A DNA stretch of 64,000 nt, from positions 1 through 64,000 of the forward strand of contig JAQGDQ010000502.1 of assembly GCA_030141605.1 (NCBI GenBank), read 5' to 3'. The stretch is from Tubiluchus corallicola (Eukaryota > Animalia > Priapulida). Position numbers and translations under genes: made by a program. The notes under the pieces were generated by a model. It made no database searches, had not been told where the DNA came from, and saw nothing but the letters and a program-made list of their open reading frames with translations. Shown here one piece after another: positions 1 through 12,500 of this stretch; the stretch's first letter is position 1; each line of letters starts with the position of its first letter.

Positions 1-849
1 GCGCAATACTAATGCTTATGGAAAAATAACATTTTAATTGTTTTTGCTTACTCCCCCTGAAATACTTATTTAACTCCAAATGTCAAACAGCCATAGATCC
101 TACTAATGCCACCACGCATTCTATACGGCGTCAAAAAACCTGAAATGCATGATCAAAAGGATTTTGCAAAAATCTGCAATAGTGGATTCATCCGCTTCCA
201 GCAATAAATGCAGAAAACACTGTGATTTAGAGCAAAGTGTAAACAGCACGCTGACTGGCATGACATCAAATACACAAGGAAGCAAATGTCCACAAGCATT
301 TCTTCAATAAAGCTGCGCATTATATTGTATTACTCATTTTATTTTACATTCCGAAAGATTTTTGGTCACTTTATACTCCAGCTAAGCCCACTTTTGCTCA
401 CGGATGTTAGTGCTTACTTTGAGATATCACCTGATAAATTACTAGAAAATTCCTTAGTAAAAGAATTTTTAACAAAACTGTGGGAGTTTTCACAAAAATG
501 ATGTGATAAAATTTCATTTACGTCAACTGGTTATATCAACTAGCTTTTTCAACCACACTAAAATGAAAAGTTTGCAATTCATAGCACCTATTGAAAGTAA
601 ATGCATGAGAAACAATTATAAAAACTAAAACTAAGCGCCTATGGCCACCCTAGAGATGCTGAAAGGAAGACAGAATGATTTCTCATACACTACCCCATCT
701 TCAAGTCCGATAAAAAGTGTACATTTTAACACAATTAATACAGCAAAAGTTTTTATCTTTAATCAAAATAAACTGTAAGTGTATTCTTAACCTACTTTTT
801 CAAGTCTTTTCATGCATAAACAACAAACTTGTGGCTACTTCTGCTAGGA

Positions 850-1260
850 TAGATTTTCCATACAAAGTTATATTACTTAGCACTATGCTTATCTGTTTGA
901 AGGACTTATATAATTAGAAAAGAAAATACTTAAAATTTAAAACATTCGTGCCACCTGGTGAAACAGGATGCACTGCACTGCCATCCCCAGTGTGCGCCAC
1001 CGATTCACCAAAAATACATTATTAATGTTAATGTCAGTAAAACGTTATTTACAATTTTTCTTAGTTAGCAAAGGGTGTACTATGAAAGCTGATTATTTTC
1101 CAAACTTTATAGAATGTTATCTAGACTTGTTTCAAACCAAACAAGTTAATGTAAAAACACCTGTGCTTAACGTCCATCGCGGCGGGAGTTTAAATTTACA
1201 AATTTTATACAGCATTGCTGTTAATACAAGTTCTATGCACAATATGCCGCCATGTAAGTG
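850..1260 (+). mobile_element. Dispersed repeat family A (Kolobok-like non-autonomous element), partial copy
   Basis: Shares TTCCATACAAAGTTATATTACTTAGCA...CCCAGTGTGC.CCAC.GATTCACCAAAA...GAGTTTAAATTTACAA with copies at 9655-10811, 10964-11592, 16560-16930, 23474-23906 and 48021-48514. Confidence 0.75.
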
Positions 1261-1369
1261 ATACAGTATTTATATATACAAAATACATGTAGTATTTTGT
1301 GTGTGCGTGTGTGTGTGTGTGTGTGCGCGCGCGTGCGTGCCAACAAGTCCACAAATGTCATGCTTTTCT

Positions 1370-1953
1370 GTACAAACAGTGACTTCCCTTCCTGGGTGAA
1401 AAAGGTCATTGACTTTCACAACGTTGAAACCTGGAACTCTAATTTGAGGTATACTATAGCAGAGTCAACGTATCTAGAACTATTGAAGTCTCTTTTATCA
1501 GTGAGAGCAAGCACGTGCGACGAACTAGTCCAAATAGAAAGTGAATATCCTTCATTTAAAGTGTGGCTAACAGCGCGCCAGATTAATATGTGGTTTAAAC
1601 TGTCTTCTGAACCGGAGAAACATGAGCTTCTAATGACTGCATTGAATATTAACAGAGCTGTTAACGGGAAGTTGTCGAAATGTTTAGAAGAATTACCGAG
1701 GAACAAAGCTATTTTTCTAGAAAGGAGTAAGCAAGAGTTAATTGAATCCATAGAAAGAAGTGATTCCACTAATCGCGTGACGTATAGATTGCTAAACCCA
1801 GAATTAAAGACTCATGCAATTCCTTACGGAACTCTTGAACTGCATCGTATTGCTTTCACGAGGCTTCGTCTGCAGTCAAATAACCTTCAAATAGAAACCG
1901 GACGGCGGAGACGAGAACCTAGAGAGCACAGATTGTTCAGAAGGGGCAGCTGA
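1370..1953 (+). mobile_element. Non-LTR retrotransposon ORF2 C-terminal fragment (L2/CR1 group)
   Basis: The ORF ends in RIAFTRLRLQSNNLQIETGRRRREPREHRL, matching the R.RLS.H.L.IETGR..R.PRE.RLC motif downstream of RT in CR1/L2-group LINEs. It is preceded by a (GT)n/(GC)n microsatellite at 1299-1339. Confidence 0.75.
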
Positions 1954-2399
1954 TTAGGTAACCAAAAGAGGTCTTTCGCTGCTCCTTCTCAGTTACATTG
2001 AAATGTCAAAATAATCATGTCAAATTTTAACTATTAATGGAGAGATAAGACTTGTGCAATCTATGAACAACACCTGAAACTATACTCATAAAATAGTATT
2101 GCAGAGAAGAGAAGAAAGACAGAGTATTTCCTGATATTTATGATACTATCTGTAATGGCCTGTGGATTAACTAATTTGTAGAAATTATAAGTAACAGCAT
2201 CCAAAGTACGAATCGGTAGCTTGTTATTCAATAATTGAAAAAAAATTAATTGAGTATTGGAGTACATTTTTTGAGCCACAGATTCATGCCATGCTGTAGT
2301 ATTTTCAGTTTTATGAATATTAATGCAGTTAGTATTATTAAATCAGGTAAAGAAAATAGAATATATTTGAACAAGAGCTCAACATTAATCAGCGAAAGT

Positions 2400-3000
2400 T
2401 AATAGCAATCGCTTTTTAAGTTTAGAGATCAAGATATAGATACGTTAGAATCTTTAATACTACTGTTCAAACAATTCCAGAATTTAACAGCTTGATATTT
2501 GATAGTACTTAATCCATGAGTGGTACAGAATTTGGGCATAAAATATAGACCACGAGTACCAGATCTAGTTTCGTAGTTATAAATTTCAGACATGGTAGTA
2601 AAATAGTTAGAGAAAAGTTCTTATTTATAAAACGATACATCGCCAGCTCTAATAGGCAAACTTCATTAAGTTTTAACAGTTTAAGTTTTACATAAGAGGG
2701 TGTAGCATGAGCACGATATGGGCTAAATGTAATGATTTTCACTATCTTATTCTGGGCTGTAATGAGTGGTTTTAGGACAGATGTTTTTCCAGTACCAAAG
2801 CACAAAATACAATACTGGAGATAAGGATATGCAAGTGAGTAGTAAAGCACTCGTAAGATGAAGGTGTCTAAGAAATATCGCACTTTAGCAAAAAGACCAA
2901 TGAGCTTATTAAATTTATACGTGACTGATTTAATTTGAGTTTTCCATGACAATGTATTATCAATGCACAAACCTAAGTATTTTATATTATCGGCTGCAAT
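2400..3000 (-). mobile_element. Non-LTR retrotransposon RT/thumb fragment (CR1/L2/Crack group), degenerate
   Basis: ORF 2509-3054 contains IKYLGLCIDNTLSWKTQI, LYYSLAYPYLQYCILCFG and QNKIVKII. A frameshifted continuation with KFWNCL lies near 2480. Confidence 0.85.
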
Positions 3001-3399
3001 TAATTCATGATCCAAACCCAGCTGCAAGCAGTTGCATATTAAAAAAGCAAACAAATGGCATGTTGGATTTATTTTACTGCTATCAGTTCAACTTAAAAAA
3101 ATATAAATAATTTGCAAGGACATTCGCAAAAAATTGTCTACTACTTAGTAGTATAAAGCATAAAGTTAGTTTATAACAAGTGCTTTTACTTTTTAGAAAT
3201 TTATCATGCACATAACGGCTCTCTAATTAACAACTAATACCGTTCGCTGCTGACTTGCAAGTGATAAATAAAATTCAAATCACCTGAAGCGTTACAACAA
3301 TATTTTTTGTCAAAACTTTCACTGACAAAGTTTCAAAATTTCCCAGATTTTCTTTCCTAACGATAGGCAATAAGACAAATCTTTCCGTTGTTTGCTTCC

Positions 3400-3632
3400 A
3401 GGAAAATAGGACGCACCGTAAGATTTCCGGTGTTTCGTCAACTTGTTTCCTTAGTTGCAGTCTTGCAATTTCACTCCATTCTTTCTTATTTGACTCCAGG
3501 ATCTGCCTACTCAGTGATGTAGCTCTGGTTGTTCTCGTGTTTTTAGCAAAAGATTTTAGTGTCTTTGTAATAATTAGGCCTACCTTGTATTGTGTAAGTT
3601 GTTATCTTTTACGTATTTATATCTGAGATAAG
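3400..3632 (+). promoter_or_regulatory. Putative promoter and non-coding first exon of the syntaxin gene
   Basis: CpG-containing patch with an ETS-like TTCCGG (about 3425), ending in AAG|GTAAGT at 3632/3633. This would pair with the acceptor at 6556 upstream of the ATG. Confidence 0.4.
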
Positions 3633-3637
3633 GTAAG

Positions 3638-4551
3638 TGTTGGGAGCCGTTTGGACCACTGCGCCAAGTAGACCAATTGGTCTACTTGGGCTGCCCAAGT
3701 AGGACACTAGAGACAGGTCGTGAATTCAGTCGTTAAGTGTACTGACACCGTCCGTTGTGCTTGTTTATGTAATAATAATAATTAAAAACGTTAATACACG
3801 TTGAATAATTTATTATACATCTAATAAAATAAAAGAATTTTATTCTGAGCTGGTAGAACGGACAATATTAAATTTGGTTTCGATATTAATGTTGTTGAAG
3901 TGAAAAAACCCCACTTTTTTGCGAATTCAACATTTGTTTAAGGTATATCATTTTTGATTTTGTCTCACTTCACAAACAGGTGATCCGTTTCACTACCTCT
4001 TGGGCAAATAATTGTTTTCTTATAAGTAAACGTTCTAGCGATCTATGTGTCCTACATGGGCTAGCGAGCCATGTAGGACAGTGCCCTACATGTTACAATA
4101 CTACTGATAATATTAAAACTAATTATCCTTGCTTTTCTTAAATGTTAAAAATTACTTTTTGGTGTTGTGAAGGCTTAGCAGCATCTGTCTCATTTTTAAA
4201 TTTGCAATTATTTCTGTAATAACTGTGTGCAGAATTTCTCTCTTTAAAGCATTAGATACTAGGTTTAATGTTATGATATATTAAAGGAGTTAATCATAAT
4301 GATGAAATTATTGTAAGAAATGCATTTGTAAATTGCCAAGGAATATCCATTTCTAAAAGAAATTTTGTTTTATGCTTTATTATGTCATAACAATACTTAT
4401 AAACAATGGTAATATAAACTGGAAACAAGTTTTGCCAGAGCAAGTTTCTCGACAAAAATCGCTAGTGTCCTACTTGGGCTGCCCATGTAGGACACTACTT
4501 TTAGCGCATCAAGTGGTCTACTTGGCGCAGTGGTCCAAACGGCTCCCAACA
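3638..4551. mobile_element. Non-autonomous TIR DNA transposon, TGT...ACA ends, 5-bp TSD GTAAG (Ginger-like)
   Basis: Perfect 38-bp TIR TGTTGGGAGCCGTTTGGACCACTGCGCCAAGTAGACCA (3638-3675) and its reverse complement (4514-4551). GTAAG flanks both sides (3633-3637, 4552-4556). Subterminal GTAGGACA/TGTCCTAC palindromic repeats occur near both ends and at about 4048-4080. Confidence 0.88.
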
Positions 4552-6587
4552 GTAAGGTCTACAGTCTCACACCTTTGCCCAAGAGTAGAAATCGGTGAGA
4601 TTCAAAACAATAGCAAGACTAGTACATATATCCTGAGTTCTTTCAAGAGTATTCTTGAGAGTTGCATACTAGGGTGACCATACAACCGACTCGTGTTCCA
4701 GAATTGTCTAATCGTAGCAAGAGAACGAATGACAGCTAACTACCAAGGCAGTGTGTCACATGTCAACTTGAAATCATAAACAACTTTGAAGGTGATTGAC
4801 TATGTAAAAGGAGACCTTGCGTTCAATTTTACTTCATGTTAAAGGTGAAAATAGTACGAGTGACCATATGATCACAATAACCATTATGAAGTTTATATTG
4901 AAGGCTAAAATGTGGCTTCTTGACATGAAAAAAATTAGATGTTGTCAGTATTGTGTGTGTTTGTGCAAGGAAGAGGATTTTATAAAAAAAATGCTCAAGC
5001 ATCAAATGTGCGAAGCCTGCAGCAGACCTTTCCAGAAAATAATTGAAAACTGAAGTCGATTTCCCTGCAACTGAGCTTGCCTGTCTAGTTCTAACAAGTT
5101 TGCTATTTTCTTCATAATGATTTGGTGTTACTGTAAGGTCAAATATGAATCATAACTTCTTGGTTGTATGAGGTTCTTATGGTCAATCTATATTTAAGAG
5201 AAAGAACAAGGCACTCAGCATATTTGGTTTACTGTACTGCTGCCACTTAAACTTGGAAAAATATTGTGAACAAATTGGTAAAAAAATTGTCTATAAAGTT
5301 AGTTTATATAACAAAAGCTTGGTGGCAGCTGCCATTCACTGAAAATTATGACTTACTGACTGACTTCATGACTTTTTGTAAGCGCATTGTAGTTTTCTGT
5401 AAGCACTCGCTGCTTAAACTAATTCAGACTTATGCAGCTTAATTAATATTCATGCAAAAATATCACAAAATTAGCTATCAAATTTTTTGTAAATACATGT
5501 TAAACTTTTACTGGAAATTGACAGTGCTCTGCTTTCTCTCTGCTGATGAATGATGTCGTTCATGGAAGATTCATAGAGGAACATCAACTGCGAAACAATC
5601 ACGACATTTATTTAATAATTACACAAGACGTTTATCGCAGTTTTATTACTAAATGTTTCTAACATTTTTGCAAACATTGAAGCAAGACTAACATCACAGA
5701 AGGCTTGGCATTTCCTATAAAAAGATGAACAAACCAGAGTAATACTCAAAAATGTCAATGATATTATAGTTAACAGTAATAAAAAATTTGTATCAAGATT
5801 GTAATGCCGTGATGTAGCTGCCAAAATACACCACCACTAGTTAGCTAATAGGTTTATTACAAATTACCCATGTCTAGGAGTCGTTGCACTTACAATTACC
5901 TGATTAATGGTTCTTATGATCGCATCGCTTATTTAGTTTATTCTCGAGTTTGAAACCATCGCACTGGTATGCTGTCTTGCTATAGCATATTTTAGTACTG
6001 GGTGTTTCAAAAGAAATTGCACGGTAGAAATGTGCTGTTATGCATTTATTGAAATGCATAATAACCAAGTTATATAGTAAGAAAAGTGGAGTTATAATTG
6101 GAGTTATAAAGGCGGAGTTGAATATTAAGTGATATTGAATTATTAATATCATTGAGAATTATCTGTGTTATAATGTGTGTTAAATTAATATTGCTGTTAT
6201 GTTGTTATATATGTCATAGTGCAAAAATCCAGGTTCATTTCGGCAGAATAACAGATTTATTCAAAGTATCCAACATGTTGATCTTGAGAATGTTATTCAT
6301 AACATTCAACGTCGTTCCTGATTATGTCCATAAGTCCAACAGTTATTTTAGTGTTGATCTGTTTCTATATGACTTAACACTCAACTGCATTTCCTTGTGA
6401 TTTGATCAGCATATGAGCATATTTCTACTGTCCTATTTTTTCTGGAACACCCTGTATATTTCATTTCAATTTCTGTATATTTCAAGCAAATTCTGCTTTC
6501 AGAAGTTATTGGATTTAAATTCAACCTATTGTAATTACACATATTTAATTTTTCAGATCTAAATCACGAAGCCATATTTAATTCACT

Positions 6588-9500
6588 ATGGCAAGAAGAA
6601 AGGAATATGGCAGCATAGAGCCATATCACGACGATCCTGGACAATATGGTAGGCATAAAAAAATATTTGTGCCTTTTTTATTTCTAGATTGTTAGCGCAA
6701 TCTTCTTTTCTTATCATTATTTGCATCGGTTGTGCTAAATAGTATGCCGTTACCGTTTTTGTTGCGAACATCATCCATTTGTTGTTCTTAGCAATGCAAA
6801 CTGCTGGTGTTTACACTAGAATTTTGGTGAATTTAGAAAGCATGATGTCAGCAAGAATGTCAGTTATTAAGTTGCGGAGTTACAGGTTTGCGCAGGTGTC
6901 TTATATTGATAACAGCTTGGAGTTTCTGCTGTAACTGTGAATACTTTTGCCTTGCTTAAACTTTAGCATCGTTGAAAGTTTTTTACTGTTTGGGAGTCAG
7001 CAATGGAACATTTGGAAAGTACGTGTGTCACAAAATGTGGAGAGCGAGCAGAAGAAGAGATTTCTTAACATAAATTGTTATCATACAGAGTGATTTAAAC
7101 CCACTTTGACTTTTAGGCAAACTTGAGATTAAAGCATGGTGAAGTAGATTTTTGATTAAAATCATTTCATTTGGAGATGTGATTAAATTTGGTTAAATTA
7201 AAAACCGTCTTAAGTGCACGATTTGATTTGGCAACTTGGTGGACACGATGGTTTGGTTTTATTTTTGGGTGTCTAATGGGTGGACAAAAGTTTTTGGCTT
7301 TAGCAGTGCCGTGTTTGAGTTTAATTTCTAAACAAAGGACAGTTCACTTAGCCTGTCGTGTTTATTTTACTGTTATCAATTAAACTTAGAAAAATATAAC
7401 AGAGAAATTTGCACAAAAACTGTCTGCTTTTTTACTTTTTCCTAAAAAATTGCATAAAGCCAATTTATACTACTGCTGAAAAGAAAGTATCTAGCTTTTC
7501 AGGCCCGATGGTAGCGGTCATTCACTTGAAAATGGTGACATAATATTTTGAATGCAAAAGTTGATTTCTACATCATTCATTTGCCTTCACCATTAAGGTA
7601 TTTTTTTAGCAATCCAAGAAGTATGACAACTATGCTAGCAATGAATATTGCTGAATTATTAGTTACATTATTCTGCTCTTCACTTATATTCACTTCGATT
7701 TTGCCACTTTTGACTAACTTTTTTGTTTCTTTAGTGCGAGTTGAAACGCTTCTCTTATCTGTTTCAGTGGACAGTAGGCAGTTCAACCAAAAATGTGATG
7801 AAATTAGTACCCACATATTTGGGATCAGTAACAACGGTGAGTTTTGATCTTTTTTCTTACTGTTTTGTCTTCTCAATCAAACATTTTAGCTGTAGTATCG
7901 TAGATTTAACCATCTTAGATTTGCTAATTCAGTTTTGCTTGTGTGTCATAATACGTACGGCTAAATGTTTGGTACACTGATATTGCTGAGTCATGATAAT
8001 GCTAATTTTATTGATATATTGCCAGCTAAACACACACTATAGGTGAATTTAATTTAGCTTCAGGCAGCCTCATTAAAATTGACTGTATTAGTTTTGCTTT
8101 AGTCTCAACAAACAAAAATGTGAATATAAGCAAAGCATATTTCATGTAAACAAGCATGTTGCATATGAGCATTATAATTGATAATATTTATGATCATTGT
8201 ATTGTAATTTTTTGTAATGTTTTCATTTATTTTCTTTGTGTACTACTAAGTCGTTATATTTGATAATATTTATAATCATTGTATGTAATTTTCGTGCTGA
8301 ATGTATTTTTGTATGTATGAACCTAGAGTTTGCAATAAAGACTTAAATCAGATAAAATCATGTACATCTAAACTGTAGTAATGGCTTATAGAAATTTCCA
8401 ATTCAAATTGAATTAAGTATAAGAGGCTACTCGGTCATCCAATGGGATCAGTGACAGGCCAAATCTGAAAGCTAGTTAAAAAACGATTACGTGTGTATCT
8501 ATTAATTATTAAGGTGATTTGAAATTTTTTATAGGTTGTTTTTGATCATTTATCAAAACGTAGATGTAAAATCTTTTCCTTAAGTCAGTCTTGAACCCTC
8601 TACCTCTCTGCCACATTTAATATTGTTTTATCAAAAATGGCACAGTTATTCCGAACTGTCAAAATTACGTTTAGCTAATGATGATTTGTAATTGTCTTTC
8701 AGCATCGGGTTTGGAGAGAGCTTTGAAGCAGCTCGGAACTGCCCAAGATAGTCTCAAGTTGAGAGAGAAAATGTAGGTCAACGTTTTCTTCAAGGTCATC
8801 GCTGTAGCAGTCTTGTGAACGTTGTCATCATTCTCGTCACTATCGTCTATATCACCTTTGTCATTGTCAATTTTTTTTATTTTGTGATCCTGTCTCTTGA
8901 CATTTATAATCAGGAAACAATGGACTTGCAATTTTTTCTCTTGTGACCTTGACCCTTGACATCAATAATAGGGAAGCGATGGGTTTGCAGACATTGCACA
9001 GCCTTATCTCTGTGCCAAGTTTGTGATTACAACTTCAATTGTTTTGATCTTATTCGGATCTGTGACCTTGACATTTTCGACATAAAATCAATGAGCTTCC
9101 TCCTATAACTAGTGTGGCAATTATAGCTTCATTTATTTTAATTTTCTTACGCAGACAGACACAGAGACAGCAAGCAGACAAATCCAACTAGACTCACATG
9201 TTATGTGTAATTAATGTAATTACCTGCAACAACTCTCAGTGTCTGCTGTCTGCATCTCAGCTTTCTCTGTAGCCATTTTGTCTTACTGTCAGTAAAGTCC
9301 TGTTAAATCAAATATTTCAAATTTTCATTTTTTCTTCTTTTCCTTTCAGCCACGGCACACAGCAGTCGACTAACCATGTGATAACACAGACGCATGAACT
9401 ACTCAAAGAATTGGCCTCCATGGCGAAGTTGGGAACAAGAGTACGAAACTGGTTTATTTTCTGTTTGATTTGCCATCACGTTTGTAACATACAACTTGTT

Positions 9501-12500
9501 CACAATGATTTGAATTTGCGTTCGACTCAAAAGAAATTGTTCTATCTTATTCTAACTAAATGTTGACTATTGACGTGTTTATAAACTTTTCATAGCTTAT
9601 GACTGTAATGTTACGTGAATAATATCTACATGTGTTACAATGCAATCTTTATTATTGAAGGAAAGCACAACTCAATTTTAAAGTATGCCCCAAAAAAGTT
9701 TCCATGCAAAATTATATGACATAGCATTATGCTTATCTGTGTGAAAGATTTATGTAACTAGAAAAGAAAATCATTGATAATTTAAAATAGGTCGCTATCC
9801 CAGTGTGCACCAGTGATTCACCAACAAATACATTATTGGTTTTATTGGCACAGTAAAGCAATGGGTGCAGCCATTCCCCTGAGCACATTTTTCAACTTTT
9901 CGACAACCTGCCTTATTTCTTTATGTGATCAACTTGACTTCTGCGGTGGCTTTGAACTGAAATGAGCAGCCATTTAGCCAACTAATTTTTCACTGTTAAT
10001 GACAAATGAGGTGGCTAAAAATATTATTAAAGTATTAATAATATTAATACTATAATATATTTAAATAATAATAATAATATAATTACGCTACGTCAGGCAT
10101 GTCATTAATTGTTGTTTCTATTAATTATATGCAGGATGCACATGGAATTTTTGAGAAAACGTTAAATACAGGTACACTAGATTTAGAGATCTGTTGCAAT
10201 GTATAATAAATAGTCAAATACGGTGTTCCATAAATATTTTATTTAGCAATTTTTAATACCTTTTCCAAGCTAAAAAGCATATTTGCGCACTGAGTTACAA
10301 TCAGGCAGGAGCCCAGAAGCCATTAATCGAACTTATACTTACTCAGCTTTGAAACCTTCGCATTTGAATATAGCTAAATAATAAAAACAATAATACTAAA
10401 TTTAATACTATTATAATATTATATCCGTGGTTCAATCAGTCATTTGTGACTGATTGAACTACGGATCAAATTGTTCCAAATCTAATTATTATAATATATT
10501 CTTCTCACATGCTGATACTGTCTGTGTGGTGTAGACAGCCAGATATAATTGCTACATGTTTTACAGCACCTCTTTAACCGCAGAGCAAATGTTATGATTA
10601 TTTTTTCAAACTTTCTGCAATGTCATTTAAACTTGTTTTCAAACAACCTAGCATCAAAAGGGCTGCTTCTAATGGTCATTGCAGGAGTACAAGTTTTGTG
10701 CAGAGTTGCTTCTAGTACAAGCTGTCTGCATAATAAGATAGTATGTAAGTGATTCAAAATTTCAAATGAGTTTTCAGTTTTATGTATGTAAAGAATTTTG
10801 TTGTGCATTAAATTCTGTAATCTTCAGATTCTCGAGGTTCAAGTGGCTAATTTGAAATTTAATCCTGTGAAATAATTGCTAAGCTGCTGTATTAAAGCAC
10901 TTCGTAAGAACTAACATTATGAGGAGCAATGAGAAGTTGTGTCTATTATTGTTTCGTATTTAAAGCACAAGAAAATCCTTTACTTACATAAAGCTTAAAA
11001 AATTTGTCTTGAAATTTTATCACTTACATGCTTTCTTATTGTGCATAGAGCTTACAAATATTAGCAGTTGTACTGCATGAGAAAAATTAAGCTCCTGCAA
11101 TGACCATTAAATGCAGCCATTTTGATGATAAATTATTTGAAATAAGTTTGAACCACATTGCATAAAGTTTGAAAAAATAAACAGAGCATTTGTAGCACAT
11201 TATTCACTAACTAAGCAAAATTTTAAATTATGGTATCTTATCAATAAGGTAAAAAAATAGGTTTTTGGTGTGTCAGAGATGCATACTGGAAAGGTGAGTC
11301 AGTGATGCACACTGGGAAGGTGAGTCAGTGATGCACACTGGGAAGGTGAATCAGAAATGCACACTGGGAAGGTGAGTCAGTGATGGACACTGGGAAAGTG
11401 TGTCAGTGATGCACAATGGGAAGGTGTGTCAGAGATGCACACAGGGAAGGTGAGTCGCAAACACTTTAATTTGTTAAGAATTTTCTTTTCTAGTTACATA
11501 AGTCTTTCAAACAGGTAAGCTTAATGCTAAGTAACATAATTTTGCATGGAAAGCTTTTTGGAGTCTAGTTTAACATTGCCTTTTCTTCTCCTTTAGCTTT
11601 TAAAATCCCTTCACTTACATAAATCACTTCACTTACTTTTACAATAAGGTGTTGTGGCGAGTACAGTGAATCTTACTTTCCAACTCACAACTTTCACTTT
11701 CAATGTGTTTCTTACAGCAACAAAGACTGCAGGTGGAGAGGCTGAGGAATGAGTTAAAGGACACCATTTCACGATATAGCAAAATTCAGAAGGTTGGCGA
11801 GATTTTCAATTGCATAATTTTTTAATTGATGCTTCATGATTTCCAGATACCTGTGCGAATTATTTTAAGTACAACGTTTACTAAAAGGTAGTTTATCTGA
11901 AAATGGTTTTCTATACACTTTGGCACATTTATGCTCTATTAAGTGCAGGCCAGAATTCAGCATTCACTTGCTGTCCTACTTAACAAGATGCTTGAGGTTT
12001 AACTAGAACCTGACTCATTATCAAGAATATCTATTTACGATGCGCCACTGAACCAGCAGTAGTGTCTTAGCCACATTTGGCTCTTTATATTACTAGTACT
12101 GAATGAAGGCCGTATAATTGAGAGAGATATTGCAGATAGAAAAGCGCGTGTTCTTGCATCAGACCGATCAAAGTTTGTGGTGTATAAATCGCTTTACCCT
12201 GATTTAAGTGTATTAGATGTTTATGTTAATCACTCATTAGATGTAAAACAATTCGATAGAATACAGATGAGTAGGCTTCGTCTCTCAGCTCATAATCTAC
12301 GTATAGAAATTGGTAGGTAGGCTAAGATACCACGTGAATTAAGATTATGTTCGTGCTGCTTAGTGCAAACAGAATATCATTTCATTTGTGAATGTATTAA
12401 TACAGAAAATGTACGACAAGAATATCCTTAATTAGACTTGTTTATGAAATTTATTTAGTCGCAATTTAAAGCTCATAGAAAAGACTGTTAGACGGTGTTG

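Noticed and set aside
1258-1953. 231-aa ORF as a host gene
   Set aside because: It starts in a microsatellite with a non-ATG codon and its C-terminus is a LINE ORF2 motif, so it is annotated as a retrotransposon fragment.
7503-7534. Possible extra syntaxin exon (TTTTCAG|...AATG|GTGACA)
   Set aside because: At 32 nt it would shift the frame between the two phase-1 junctions, and the donor is weak.
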